DNA of 64,000 nucleotides from Flavicella sp. (lineage in GTDB: Bacteria > Bacteroidota > Bacteroidia > Flavobacteriales > Flavobacteriaceae): positions 5,365 to 69,364 of the forward strand of contig JBMZVD010000001.1 in assembly GCA_049625305.1 (NCBI GenBank). Reading direction: 5' to 3'. A model generated the notes under the pieces. The model had not been told where the DNA came from. It saw nothing but the letters and a program-made list of their open reading frames with translations, and made no database searches. Positions 42,101-51,186 of this stretch are shown here, piece by piece (positions within the stretch are counted from its first letter, which is position 1; each line of letters opens with the position of its first letter). A program made the translations under genes and the position numbers.

Positions 42101-42304
42101 TGTTTTCGCATTTTCAGGAACTTTCAGTATGAAATTACCGTCAAAGTCACTTGATGTACCCACCATCATATCTTTGATTGTTATGTTTACCCCCGGTAAT
42201 GGTGAATTGTTTTCATCCAACACAGTACCTGTAATTTCTTTAGACTGTGAAAACAATAAAAAAGGCAGGATAAAAAGAAAAGAAACTATGTTACTTTTTT
42301 TCAT
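39140..42304 (-). CDS. SusC/RagA TonB-dependent transporter
   Basis: LEEVVVIGYG, IRGASS...PLYVVDG, VLKDASATAIYGSRGANGVVLITTK, LKWETT, terminal Phe. Confidence 0.97.
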   Translation of the reverse strand: MKKSNIVSFLFILPFLLFSQSKEITGTVLDENNSPLPGVNITIKDMMVGTSSDFDGNFILKVPENAKTLVFSYTGYLTKEVPLTNAIFYNLAMVVDGNLLEEVVVIGYGTVLKSDLTGSVSTVKVEENVSRQSSTVDQLLQGRAAGVQVIQNGQPGGGISVRIRGASSLRGNNEPLYVVDGVIISSAGEDAARGSDDGNSYQESQNGLNGINPRDIESMEVLKDASATAIYGSRGANGVVLITTKKGTRGKMNINSYSTTSVSELTKSFDMLNPIDYARYRNESNLLVGNSPLYHIENGDIYAISEGVNDTEPLEQVNWQDRIYQLGISSNVGLSFSGGSENGNFYISTGYNSQGGVVENSLFQNGDVRVNLSQQVTEKLKLNIRLSGFYAEGEFAQDGERTSGQRSFISNILRYDPVVGRTDDGLTDNLRPSNPYSWIDDFEDVSKESRFFGNMALTYSLPIEGLKYKIQVGGNMRNKERRRFYGLTTYQGSANNGLLAVSNLDAISYQVNNLLQFNKTFNRKHRFNAVLGITYDVRNNNNQVYEMANFATVDFGNVQPVFAQLVTRPTQALISKTKLLSYLGRVNYTLRNKYIFTTSFRVDGSSKFQGNNKYGFFPSGSFAWKLHKENFLQNSSFVNELKLRTGWGRIGNQSIAAYQTNQNYGAGLYATSDEATAVSFSSLNIPNKDLKWETTEQVNIGVDFGFLNNRLRGTVDAYYKDTKDLLQTISLPKSTGYRTMLINRGSLINKGLEFSLNGALVNKESFRLDVGGNIAFNRSKITSLGIPDSKVLLEGRLQNKSYYLGDNISTGTYFKAPANIFIKGEEVGLFYGYQTDGIYQQGDAISVADSQVGDIKIIDQLTEDTDNDGIADAPDGVIDAKDRTIIGNPNPDYIYGLTVDMKYKRFNLNVLMNGVAGNDIANGNLLRITSPEGNGGNILAAAYHNAWREDRPSNSYPRIGYNKEQNAIAITDRIIEDGSYFRISNVTLGYDVPITGAISKLNIYMSGINLWTFTGYSGYNPEITNFLNNGNILGVDWNGFPNTRTFLFGVNVNF

Positions 42305-42472
42305 AATTAGTTAGTTTTAATTAAATCGTATAATGCTACTATTCGATGACTTCTAAAATGTAAAAAAGGGTAGTAAAAAGTTGTTTAAACATCAAAGATA
42401 TTTTGTTTTACCAATTCAGAAAAACAATAAAAACACTCTAAGTATTCTGGATAATTACAAGATCAACTTTAA

Positions 42473-42480
42473 CAAATATA
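42473..42480 (-). promoter_or_regulatory. susC -7 promoter element
   Basis: Plus-strand caaatata reads TATATTTG on the minus strand, about 170 nt upstream of the susC start. Confidence 0.5.
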
Positions 42481-42774
42481 TCATTACTAAACATGTATTT
42501 CATAACACATTTGAGGAAAAACATGTTACTAATGAAGCAAATCACGCCTCAAGAAAGTAGGAGGTAAAATACTAGTACCTATACTAATAACACAAAACAT
42601 CGACGGCAATTTTTTTTAAAAAAAATTAAAGAAGACATTCTCAATATTTAATTGTTAATCTTTGTAAATATTTTATAAAAGTTACAAAAGGTCAAAAAAT
42701 AAAGAGAATCAGTAAGGCGATTCACTATTTTTAAAAGACCATATAAATTTATCTGTAGATTATTGATTGAAATT

Positions 42775-43641
42775 TCATTTGAAAAAAGTGTAAACGGTAG
42801 ATTTCCCTTCCAAAAAGTTTAAAGAGACTAGAAACTGATCCATTTTAGTTACCGTGTCCTTAAAAAAAGTTCCTCTATTAAAGAAAGAATGTTGTTGCCC
42901 CTCATACAAATGCAATTCTATTCTACTACCCACATCTTTCATTTTTTCCTCAAAAGCAATTGTTGACTCTAAAGGTGTTGTATGATCTTCTGTCCCAAAA
43001 AACACAATAGTAGGAGGCACTCCTTCTCTGATATTATGCAAGGGTGAAATTTCATTAACTCTTCCTGAAATAGCTCTATAGCCATAACCGTTTTGGCTGT
43101 TATCATAAACAGGATTGAAAAGAATCAATGCAGTAGGGACAGCACTGATATTCATATCATCAGTAGTTTCGTTAATACCGGGTATAATACCACAAGCTGC
43201 TGCCAAATGACCACCTGCTGAACCACCTCCAGCTGCAATTTTATTTGGATCTATAGATAGTTGTTGGGCATTTTTTCGAATGTAACGAATCGCTGATTTT
43301 GCATCTTTTACTGCTTCAAAAGGAGTAGTTCCGTGTTTTTTCTTCAACCTGTAGGTTGCTGATATAGCAATAATCCCTCTTGATGCCAAATATTGGGATT
43401 GTCTTTCAAATGCTTTATAGGAACCACTATTCCATCCGCCACCATGAAAAAACACGACACAGGGGTATTTTTTTGTAGTGACAAAAAGAGTGGGTTTATA
43501 TACATACAATTGTAATGATATTGTGTCTATTTTTTTGTAGGTTACAATATCCGGTTTGATTTTTTCAATTCTCTTTTGAGCATTCATAGAAAAAGAAAAC
43601 AAACTCAATGAAATTAACAGTATTCTAAAAAATAGAGCCAT
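42775..43641 (-). CDS. Exported alpha/beta-hydrolase (HSL-like / BD-FAE-type carbohydrate esterase)
   Basis: FHGGGW, GGSAGGHLA, GTEDH, QHSFFN; probable start ATG 43641 with signal peptide MNA/Q. Confidence 0.85.
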   Translation of the reverse strand: MALFFRILLISLSLFSFSMNAQKRIEKIKPDIVTYKKIDTISLQLYVYKPTLFVTTKKYPCVVFFHGGGWNSGSYKAFERQSQYLASRGIIAISATYRLKKKHGTTPFEAVKDAKSAIRYIRKNAQQLSIDPNKIAAGGGSAGGHLAAACGIIPGINETTDDMNISAVPTALILFNPVYDNSQNGYGYRAISGRVNEISPLHNIREGVPPTIVFFGTEDHTTPLESTIAFEEKMKDVGSRIELHLYEGQQHSFFNRGTFFKDTVTKMDQFLVSLNFLEGKSTVYTFFK

Positions 43642-43787
43642 AAAGGTGGAATTTAAATAATTTTTATATGAGAAGTTATCACTATTAATAGTTATCAATC
43701 ACATTTCTAATGTGTTTGACTGCTTGTTAACAAACCTCAACAGATTACACTATAATATCTAAAAAAAATCCCAAATGACAATAGAAT

Positions 43788-45374
43788 TTACTCATTATAT
43801 ACTCTTTTTATCACTACATCTGTCATTGCTCGCATTTCTTCTAAGGACATTGTATCCTCGTATTCTACTTGAAGTTCTTCTATTTGTTTCTTAAGTGAAG
43901 AGCTAATAGAATCGTATGCAGGATTTCCATAAAGGTTATACATTTCGTGTTTGTCATTTTTCAAATCGAACAACTCCCACTCATTCATATTGTAATAAAA
44001 ATGAATTAATTTATAGCGATCTGTTCTTACGCCATAATGAGGCTGCACATTATGCCACTTTGGAAACTCATAATAATGATAATAAACAGCATCTCTTCCT
44101 TTAACTTCATTCGCAGGACTGAGTTGTTCTTTAAAACTCTTTCCTTGCATGTCATCTGGGATTTTAGCATCTGCCAAATCTAACAAGGTCGGAGCAAAAT
44201 CAATATTTAACAATAGATTCTCGTTAGTTGTATTTTTAGGGATTAGCTTAGGATAACTTATTAGAAAAGGCATTTTAAAAGACTCCTCGTACATGAATCG
44301 CTTGTCAAACCAACCGTGTTCCCCTAGGTAAAATCCTTGATCAGAAGTATAGACTATTACAGTATTGTCCATCATATTTTTGGCTTCTAAATAATCCAAC
44401 ATTTGGCCCACCGCTTTGTCTACTCCAGCTACACACCTTAGGTAATCTTTAATATAAGCTTGGTATTTCCAATTTTTCAAAGCACTTCCTTGCAAACTGT
44501 CGTGAGGTGTCCAAAACTCACCTTGATTTCCAAGTTGATAATAGCGATTCAATTCTTTAACAGTTAATTTTTCTTTAGGGAGTACTTTTAAATCTCTTCG
44601 GTTCATATGATTTTCAATTTCCATCCATTGCTGACTAGCTGCTTTTCTACCTTCGTAACTATCATTAAAATTTGGAGGATGTGGTAAATCACCCTCGGTG
44701 AATAAATGTTTAAACTCTGTATCGGGTTGCCAAGGTCTATGTGGTGCTTTGAACTGGTACATCAATAAAAAAGGTTTATTTGGATCTCTGCCCTTGTCCA
44801 ACCAAGTCAAAGCATCATGAGCCACTTGGGCAGTAGAATGTCGACTTGTTTCTACAATCGTATCTTTTCCATTCTCAAGAAAAACAGTATTGAAGTATGT
44901 TCCTTGTCCTCCCCAATTCACCATTACTTTTGAATAGTCAAAACCAGTAGGTGCAGTTCCTAAATGCCATTTACCTATCACTGCCGTTTGGTATCCATTT
45001 GCTTGTAGCAGTTTTGGGAAGGTTTGCTGACTACTGTCAAAGTCTCCTCCTTTTTCATTTTTAAAAAAACCACTTTTATGTCCATATTTACCCGTTAGAA
45101 TGGCGGCACGACTTGGACCACAAATAGAATTGGTGTTGAAAGTACGTGTCATCAACATTCCATTTTTAGCGATTCTATCAATATTAGGGGTTGGTGCAAT
45201 TTCTGATAACCAATCTTTGTAAGCACTAATTGCAGCGACTGCATGGTCATCAGCCATAATAAATACTATATTCGGTTTTTCAACCTTCTTTGTAGTTGAT
45301 TTTTCAGTACAAGAAAAAAGTCCACCAATTAATAGCAGAATTGAAATTAAATAAAAATTAAAAAAACATTTCAT
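43788..45374 (-). CDS. Cys-type S1 sulfatase lipoprotein (resembles S1_11 GlcNAc-6-O-sulfatases)
   Basis: ADDH, CGPSRAAILTG, GKWHL, KAPHR, SDQGFYLGEHGWFDKRFMYEES, YYHYYE, HYGVRT. Confidence 0.85.
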   Translation of the reverse strand: MKCFFNFYLISILLLIGGLFSCTEKSTTKKVEKPNIVFIMADDHAVAAISAYKDWLSEIAPTPNIDRIAKNGMLMTRTFNTNSICGPSRAAILTGKYGHKSGFFKNEKGGDFDSSQQTFPKLLQANGYQTAVIGKWHLGTAPTGFDYSKVMVNWGGQGTYFNTVFLENGKDTIVETSRHSTAQVAHDALTWLDKGRDPNKPFLLMYQFKAPHRPWQPDTEFKHLFTEGDLPHPPNFNDSYEGRKAASQQWMEIENHMNRRDLKVLPKEKLTVKELNRYYQLGNQGEFWTPHDSLQGSALKNWKYQAYIKDYLRCVAGVDKAVGQMLDYLEAKNMMDNTVIVYTSDQGFYLGEHGWFDKRFMYEESFKMPFLISYPKLIPKNTTNENLLLNIDFAPTLLDLADAKIPDDMQGKSFKEQLSPANEVKGRDAVYYHYYEFPKWHNVQPHYGVRTDRYKLIHFYYNMNEWELFDLKNDKHEMYNLYGNPAYDSISSSLKKQIEELQVEYEDTMSLEEMRAMTDVVIKRVYNE

Positions 45375-45387
45375 AAGTCAAAAATTA

Positions 45388-47745
45388 TTAAAGTTTTATA
45401 TCTATTCTATCATGCACTTCAAGGGACGTTTCTTTTAAGGTTTTGCTATCAGAACTGGTACCTGTCATGATTTTAAAAACACCAGGCTCAACGCAATACT
45501 TCATATCGATATCGTAAAAGGCTAAATCCTCGGCTTTAATCGTAAAAACTACTTCTTTAGACATCCCTACATCCAAGAAAATACGTTGATAGCCTTTCAA
45601 CTCTTTTACAGGTCGTGTAACAGAGCTCACAGCGTCTCTTATATATAGTTGTACTACCTCTTCTCCGGCTCTTTTACCTGTGTTTTGAATTGTAACAGAC
45701 ACTTTTAACTCCGAGGAAGTATTTGTGAGCTTTCCTTCAACTTCCGGACTTCCCAAATGAAATTTTGTATAACTCAAGCCATAGCCAAACGGATACAAAG
45801 GTTGCATTTTTTCAAAAGCATATGTGTGAAATCCAATAGAGGGTTTGTGATTGTAAAACTGTTGTAATTGCCCAACTGACCTAGCTACAGTTAGCGGTAA
45901 TTTCCCACTTGGATTTACAACTCCAAATAGGACTTCAGCAACCGCTTGTCCTCCCAAAGAACCCGGTTCCCATGCCTCTACAATAGCTGGAACATTTTCT
46001 TGCAACCAAGGTTCGGAAATCGGTTTCCCATTAACCAAAATCACTATAAGCTGTGTTCCTGTTTTATGAATAGCTTTTACTAGTTCTAACTGTTTACCTG
46101 CCAAGTTCAAATAGGCACGACCCATATTTTCACCTGCTGTTTTATCTTTCCACTTGTAACGCATTGAATTGTCTCCAACTACAACAACGGCTATATCAGA
46201 TTGAGCTGCTTTTATTGCAGCAGTTTGAATCGATGCTTCTTTGATTTTTCTGATATTTTGTCCTGAATCGTAATAATTCACTTTATACCCCTTTAAAGCA
46301 GCCATATCTCGAATTCCTTCGTAGATGGTCGTCGTATTTTCATCGGGCTGAACAGCATGCCAATCTCCCAAAATACTTTGGTTATTTGCATTGGGTCCTG
46401 TGACAAATATAGATTTGTTCCCCAACGACTGTGACAAAGGTAAAACTCCTTCATTTTTGAGTAATACAATTCCTTTTCTTGCTGCCTCTAATGCTGTTTT
46501 AGTATGTGTCTTGGTAAATATTTTTTGCGATATTTTGGACAAATCAACCTTCCGGTGTTCAAACAATCCTAACTTAAATTTAGCTGTCAATATTTTTTTA
46601 CAAGCTGCATCAATTCTTGAGAGCGGTAATTTACCTTCTTTTACCAATGCAACAACCGCCTCAGGAAAATTGACCCCGTGCATGTGCATGTCCATGCCGG
46701 CAGCTACAGATAGCTTACACGCTTCTTTCATATCTTTTGCAACATGGTGGACTGTTTCCAAACGTTCTATATCCATCCAGTCGCTGACATAAAACCCGTC
46801 AAAGCCCCATTCATTTCTAAACAAGTCTGTCATCAACCAATGACTCATATGACTAGGAATACCGCTGATTTCATTATGAGCAGCCATGATAGAATATACT
46901 CCTGCTTTGATCGCTTTGTAATATGGGGGAAGGTATACCTCTTTCATAGTTCTTAGAGACACATCAAAAGGCGCTGCATTGAGTCCATTAGAAGGTTGTC
47001 CACCTCCCAACATATGTTTCGCACAAGCAATCACTTTTTCAGTTCCTGTATAATCACCTTGTTGAAATCCTTTGATCATGGCTACTCCCAAGTTTCCTAC
47101 CAAAAGAGGATCTTCACCAAAAGTTTCACCAACACGTCCCCAGCGAGGGTCCCTTAATACGTCTATATTAGGTGTAAAAGTCCAGTGACTACCCGTTGCA
47201 CGCATTTCAATGGCAGATTGTCTTCCCACTTTTTCTAAAAATGAATCTTCCCAAGTAGAAGCTAGTGTGATTGGTGAGGGGTATACAGTCGTTCCTGAAA
47301 CCAAAGCATTGCCATGAATCGCATCTATACCAATTAAAACGGGTATTTTCAAACGTGATTGCAAGGCTAAATCTTGCAATAAATTTGCTTCTTCAGCCGT
47401 CAAAACATGTAAAAAAGAGCCTATTTCTCCCCTAGCACACATAGCCGCAACATCATCGCTAAAGAGTCCTTTATAAAAACCCTGGGCATCATTACTATGC
47501 AACTCTTCTTCCGTAAGATCTTGCTCCGCTTCACGCATATGATCTAAACCAACAAATTGGTTCATCTGAAATACTTTTTCTTCCAAAGTCATTCGCTGCA
47601 TCAAATCATTTACTCTTTTTTCTATGGAAATATTAGGGTTTAGATAATCCGCATCAGCAGATGGAATTGATTTTTTATTGTTGTCTGTGCAACCAATCAC
47701 AATAGCGGTTAGCAACAGAAATATTTTTTTGAAATTATGCATCAT
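45388..47745 (-). CDS. GH3 beta-glycosidase (beta-glucosidase/xylosidase), lipoprotein, with an Fn3-like C-terminus
   Basis: DAIHG, RDPRWGR.ETFGEDP, KH, SDW nucleophile, PSGKLP, FGYGLSYT, RPVKELKG. Confidence 0.93.
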   Translation of the reverse strand: MMHNFKKIFLLLTAIVIGCTDNNKKSIPSADADYLNPNISIEKRVNDLMQRMTLEEKVFQMNQFVGLDHMREAEQDLTEEELHSNDAQGFYKGLFSDDVAAMCARGEIGSFLHVLTAEEANLLQDLALQSRLKIPVLIGIDAIHGNALVSGTTVYPSPITLASTWEDSFLEKVGRQSAIEMRATGSHWTFTPNIDVLRDPRWGRVGETFGEDPLLVGNLGVAMIKGFQQGDYTGTEKVIACAKHMLGGGQPSNGLNAAPFDVSLRTMKEVYLPPYYKAIKAGVYSIMAAHNEISGIPSHMSHWLMTDLFRNEWGFDGFYVSDWMDIERLETVHHVAKDMKEACKLSVAAGMDMHMHGVNFPEAVVALVKEGKLPLSRIDAACKKILTAKFKLGLFEHRKVDLSKISQKIFTKTHTKTALEAARKGIVLLKNEGVLPLSQSLGNKSIFVTGPNANNQSILGDWHAVQPDENTTTIYEGIRDMAALKGYKVNYYDSGQNIRKIKEASIQTAAIKAAQSDIAVVVVGDNSMRYKWKDKTAGENMGRAYLNLAGKQLELVKAIHKTGTQLIVILVNGKPISEPWLQENVPAIVEAWEPGSLGGQAVAEVLFGVVNPSGKLPLTVARSVGQLQQFYNHKPSIGFHTYAFEKMQPLYPFGYGLSYTKFHLGSPEVEGKLTNTSSELKVSVTIQNTGKRAGEEVVQLYIRDAVSSVTRPVKELKGYQRIFLDVGMSKEVVFTIKAEDLAFYDIDMKYCVEPGVFKIMTGTSSDSKTLKETSLEVHDRIDIKL

Positions 47746-47756
47746 AAAGTTGGAGG

Positions 47757-50381
47757 TTATTTTTTGATTACCAAAGGCTGATTCGGGTTTTGAAGACTTG
47801 CTTGAACAGCGTAAAAGGCAGGTTTTGGATTCCCATCTTGATCAAATAAAAATAAGTGCTTGTCATGGTGTTTTCCAGTTCCATCCACCATACCCCACGT
47901 GTTGTATGTAACTACTCCTGAATTTCTTTTAGACAACAGTACTTTAAGGATATTTGCAAATGCAGCTGCTTGTAATTTCAATGCTTCAGGGGAAGCCTTT
48001 CCATCCCATATCTTATAATCAATCTCAGTCACATGAAAATCTAATTCATTGGCATGTGCCCAGTCAATCAATTCAGAGAAATATCTCATATCCTTTGCAT
48101 CAAAGGCAAGTTTCTCTGTACTTTTTAGATGGGCTTGCCACCCCAAACCGTCTACACGATATCCCTTTTCCTTTAAATGCAAAATTGTTTTCTTGACTCG
48201 CTCCCACATGACAGGCTCCATCCCGCCATGTTGATTGAATACTAGACTTTTATTGGTTGCATGTTTATTCGCTATTTCAAATGCTTTTCCTATATACAAA
48301 GGAACACCCTCTGCATCCATTCCTATTTGAGTCCATGGGTTTTCCCAACTATTGACCCCTTTTTTTTCTGCAAACCAAGTACCGTCTCGATTTACGGTTT
48401 CATTGACTACATCCATCCACTTGACTGTATTATTGTCATTAAAACGCTTGCACAGGGCTGTAAAATATTCAGTCATGTTAGTACTGAGTTCTTCGGGTGT
48501 TCTATGATCAGCTTTGGCCCATTTAGAGGCCTGAGGACTGATCGGACCGTGTATGCGCACACTCAGGTTGTTTTCTTTAGCAAATGCTAAATATGTATCT
48601 ATTTGTTTCCAATCCCAATAATCAGGCTTGGGGTGCACTCGAGATTGCTTGGCACAATTTTCAGGAGTTGTATAGGTAAAATGTCTGAGAAACAAATCAG
48701 ATACTGATGTATTGAGCTGTCTGTGATTCAAAGTAGCTCCAAGATAGACCCTTTCAGAGTTGAATTTATTTGAAAGCAAATCTTTTAAAGGTTTGTAAGA
48801 TTTGACCACACTCAAATTTTTCTTTGACTTTTCTTGGTCTTGAAAATATTGTAATGCATGTGCTTTCATTTTTTTGTAAATACTATGGTACGATTTGTTT
48901 TTTACTTGATTGGTTGTTTCAAGAGGATCGTTGTTATAATCGTATAATTCTTCTGCCCAGATATCTCTTGAGCGCACTCCATCCTTACTTTTTTTGTTGA
49001 CTTTTAGCCAACAGGTATAGCGATAATAATCATCTCTAAAACTATAGCCTGTATTTTTTCCTCTGCTGTATTGACTGACAGCAAACTCTTTTATTGAATG
49101 CTTAGAACCATTTATAAGAGAAGAAAGATCTGTTCCGTCAAGTTGTTTAGGTATTGGAAGTTGAGACATGGCACATAAAGTAGGAAATACATCTACAAAC
49201 TCTGAAGGAGATTGTATTTGAATTGCAGAAGGTTTTTTTGGATTGTATATCATCAAGGGAGATCGGGTTGCTTGTTCAAAATTCGAGTGTTTGTTCCACA
49301 AACTGTGATCTCCAAGATGCCAACCATGATCACCCCATACGACAATGATGGTATTTTTATCTAAGTTTACCTGATGTAACTTTTCCAAAACACGCCCTAT
49401 TTGAGCATCTATAAAACTAGTACAAGCATAATATCCATGAATAAAATCTCGTTGAAGCTTAGAAGGTATCTTCAACAAACCGTCAGCACCCATCTTGTAA
49501 GAAATCATTGGGGATTTATAACTTCTTGTTTCCCCAGATGCGTGGTAGGCCACATTAGGACCGTTTTTAGATTTTTTCTGATAAGGGGCCAAGGTTATTT
49601 TTTGTGAATCGTACAAATCCCAATATTTTTTTGGCGCTACAAAAGGAAGATGTGGTCTTTTAAATCCTACAGCTAAGAAAAAAGGTTGGTTTGTATTTTG
49701 GGAAAGAATTTCTAACTTTTTGATAGCAGCATTTGCAATCGCTCCATCTGCATATGCATCATCAGGTACTAGACTCTTCTCAAAAGGAGGTTTGTAGTGT
49801 TTCATGACGTAAGCTTTTGGATTCTGAATACCTTTCTTTTTTGCCGCTTCCATACGGTTGGAAATCTCTTTTTTAATTTTTTCGTTTTGGTAATACCCAA
49901 AGACAGGAGATCCGAAGTCTTTAGGATATGGCAACTTATAAGCTTTGGTGAAAGGTTCAGACCAAGAAGGAGCATCACTTTGCTTGTCCACACATCTAGG
50001 ATCAAATATTTTACCGATTCCTGTCGTAAAATATCCCTGTTGTTTGAAATATTCAGGTAAGGTTAAAACACTCGGGTTTACATCTCTCATTTTCGTTTTC
50101 AGATCCCACACTTTGGTATTATCTGGTCTTAAACCTGTCATGATACTCGCTCTTGAGGGACCACAAATAGCCTGCTGACAATGATTATTCATAAAAACTG
50201 TTGCACTTTCACCCAACTTGTCTAAGTTCGGAGTTTGTGCAAATTGATCGCCATACACTCCAATAGTCGGTTTCAAATCATCGACTGCTATGAAGAGGAT
50301 ATTAGGTCTATCAGTGGAGTTCTGAGCATACAAATGAAATAATGATGTGATAACAGAAAAAAGGGGAATTAAAATACGCAT
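47757..50381 (-). CDS. Fusion of an S1 sulfatase (iduronate-2-sulfatase-like / S1_7-like) and a GH10 glycoside hydrolase
   Basis: N-half: VDDL, CGPSRASIMTG, PHLPFVAP, DHGWHLG. C-half: TPEN, WMDVVNE, GLGWQAH, HVTEID, TWG. Confidence 0.9.
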   Translation of the reverse strand: MRILIPLFSVITSLFHLYAQNSTDRPNILFIAVDDLKPTIGVYGDQFAQTPNLDKLGESATVFMNNHCQQAICGPSRASIMTGLRPDNTKVWDLKTKMRDVNPSVLTLPEYFKQQGYFTTGIGKIFDPRCVDKQSDAPSWSEPFTKAYKLPYPKDFGSPVFGYYQNEKIKKEISNRMEAAKKKGIQNPKAYVMKHYKPPFEKSLVPDDAYADGAIANAAIKKLEILSQNTNQPFFLAVGFKRPHLPFVAPKKYWDLYDSQKITLAPYQKKSKNGPNVAYHASGETRSYKSPMISYKMGADGLLKIPSKLQRDFIHGYYACTSFIDAQIGRVLEKLHQVNLDKNTIIVVWGDHGWHLGDHSLWNKHSNFEQATRSPLMIYNPKKPSAIQIQSPSEFVDVFPTLCAMSQLPIPKQLDGTDLSSLINGSKHSIKEFAVSQYSRGKNTGYSFRDDYYRYTCWLKVNKKSKDGVRSRDIWAEELYDYNNDPLETTNQVKNKSYHSIYKKMKAHALQYFQDQEKSKKNLSVVKSYKPLKDLLSNKFNSERVYLGATLNHRQLNTSVSDLFLRHFTYTTPENCAKQSRVHPKPDYWDWKQIDTYLAFAKENNLSVRIHGPISPQASKWAKADHRTPEELSTNMTEYFTALCKRFNDNNTVKWMDVVNETVNRDGTWFAEKKGVNSWENPWTQIGMDAEGVPLYIGKAFEIANKHATNKSLVFNQHGGMEPVMWERVKKTILHLKEKGYRVDGLGWQAHLKSTEKLAFDAKDMRYFSELIDWAHANELDFHVTEIDYKIWDGKASPEALKLQAAAFANILKVLLSKRNSGVVTYNTWGMVDGTGKHHDKHLFLFDQDGNPKPAFYAVQASLQNPNQPLVIKK

Positions 50382-50616
50382 GACAAAAAATTTGGAGATG
50401 ATTAAGATATATTAATCCATACACTAATGTTGGCTTCGGCACAAAATCAAGAAATAAAAACCCTATATCTCAAGTACTTTTTCTAAAATACAAAAAATAC
50501 ACATCAATACGAATCAAATCAATATAAAACTAAAATTGACTATCTATTGAAATGAGAAGATATGCATTTCAATATATTTATTTAAAAAGAAAGTCTTTAG
50601 AATCCACTGAAACTAC

Positions 50617-50624
50617 TATTTTTG
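50617..50624 (+). promoter_or_regulatory. -7 element of the orphan gene
   Basis: TATTTTTG ending 23 nt before ATG 50647. Confidence 0.55.
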
Positions 50625-50646
50625 CATAGAATCTAAGAAAGAAAAT

Positions 50647-51075
50647 ATGCACAAAAAAATCGAAGAATACATTGAAAATAACTTAGCAAACATTGCTATT
50701 TTAGAAGAAGAAAATGTGAGTTACGAAGGTGTAAAGATACGCGAGTTTAAAACACACCATGAAAGTGGGGATGTGTTCAAACATCAAAATGACAAGCTAT
50801 ATGCCATAGCTATATTGCATGCCATCACAAAGTCTAGTGCGCAAAAAATTAGTAAGGAGCTAAAAAAAAATAAAAACCTTAACCATAGTAATTTTAAAGA
50901 ATTGGTTGAAAAACAATTTTTAAAATGTTACATCTCTGGAGATTCTGAAGCCTATGATACTTGGAAAAAAGGAGATGAAGGTTTGGCTTATTTGCAATAT
51001 GATGACACTAAAAAAACCGTAATTCCAGCCTTTACAAACACAAGTGCTGAAAGCAGAAAAAATAAAGAGCTTTAA
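50647..51075 (+). CDS. Hypothetical cytoplasmic protein, 142 aa
   Basis: Fills an intergenic gap, has its own promoter element and a downstream terminator; no recognisable motif. Confidence 0.65.
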   Translation: MHKKIEEYIENNLANIAILEEENVSYEGVKIREFKTHHESGDVFKHQNDKLYAIAILHAITKSSAQKISKELKKNKNLNHSNFKELVEKQFLKCYISGDSEAYDTWKKGDEGLAYLQYDDTKKTVIPAFTNTSAESRKNKEL

Positions 51076-51118
51076 AAAAGCAATCTGTATTTTAACCTTT
51101 GGCATTTACAATTTACCA

Positions 51119-51148
51119 ATAAAAAAACCCCGGAAGTCCGGGGTTTTT
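51119..51148. terminator. Bidirectional terminator between the orphan gene and nagB
   Basis: aaaaaccccgg...ccggggttttt. Confidence 0.9.
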
Positions 51149-51186
51149 AATAAACCAACATAAATACTTATCACAGCAATTGTGAT

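Noticed and set aside
42305-42774. 470-nt gap upstream of susC as a hidden ncRNA or small ORF
   Set aside because: It is AT-rich, and I saw no stable hairpin series, tRNA fold or credible ORF. It is consistent with a promoter and leader region.
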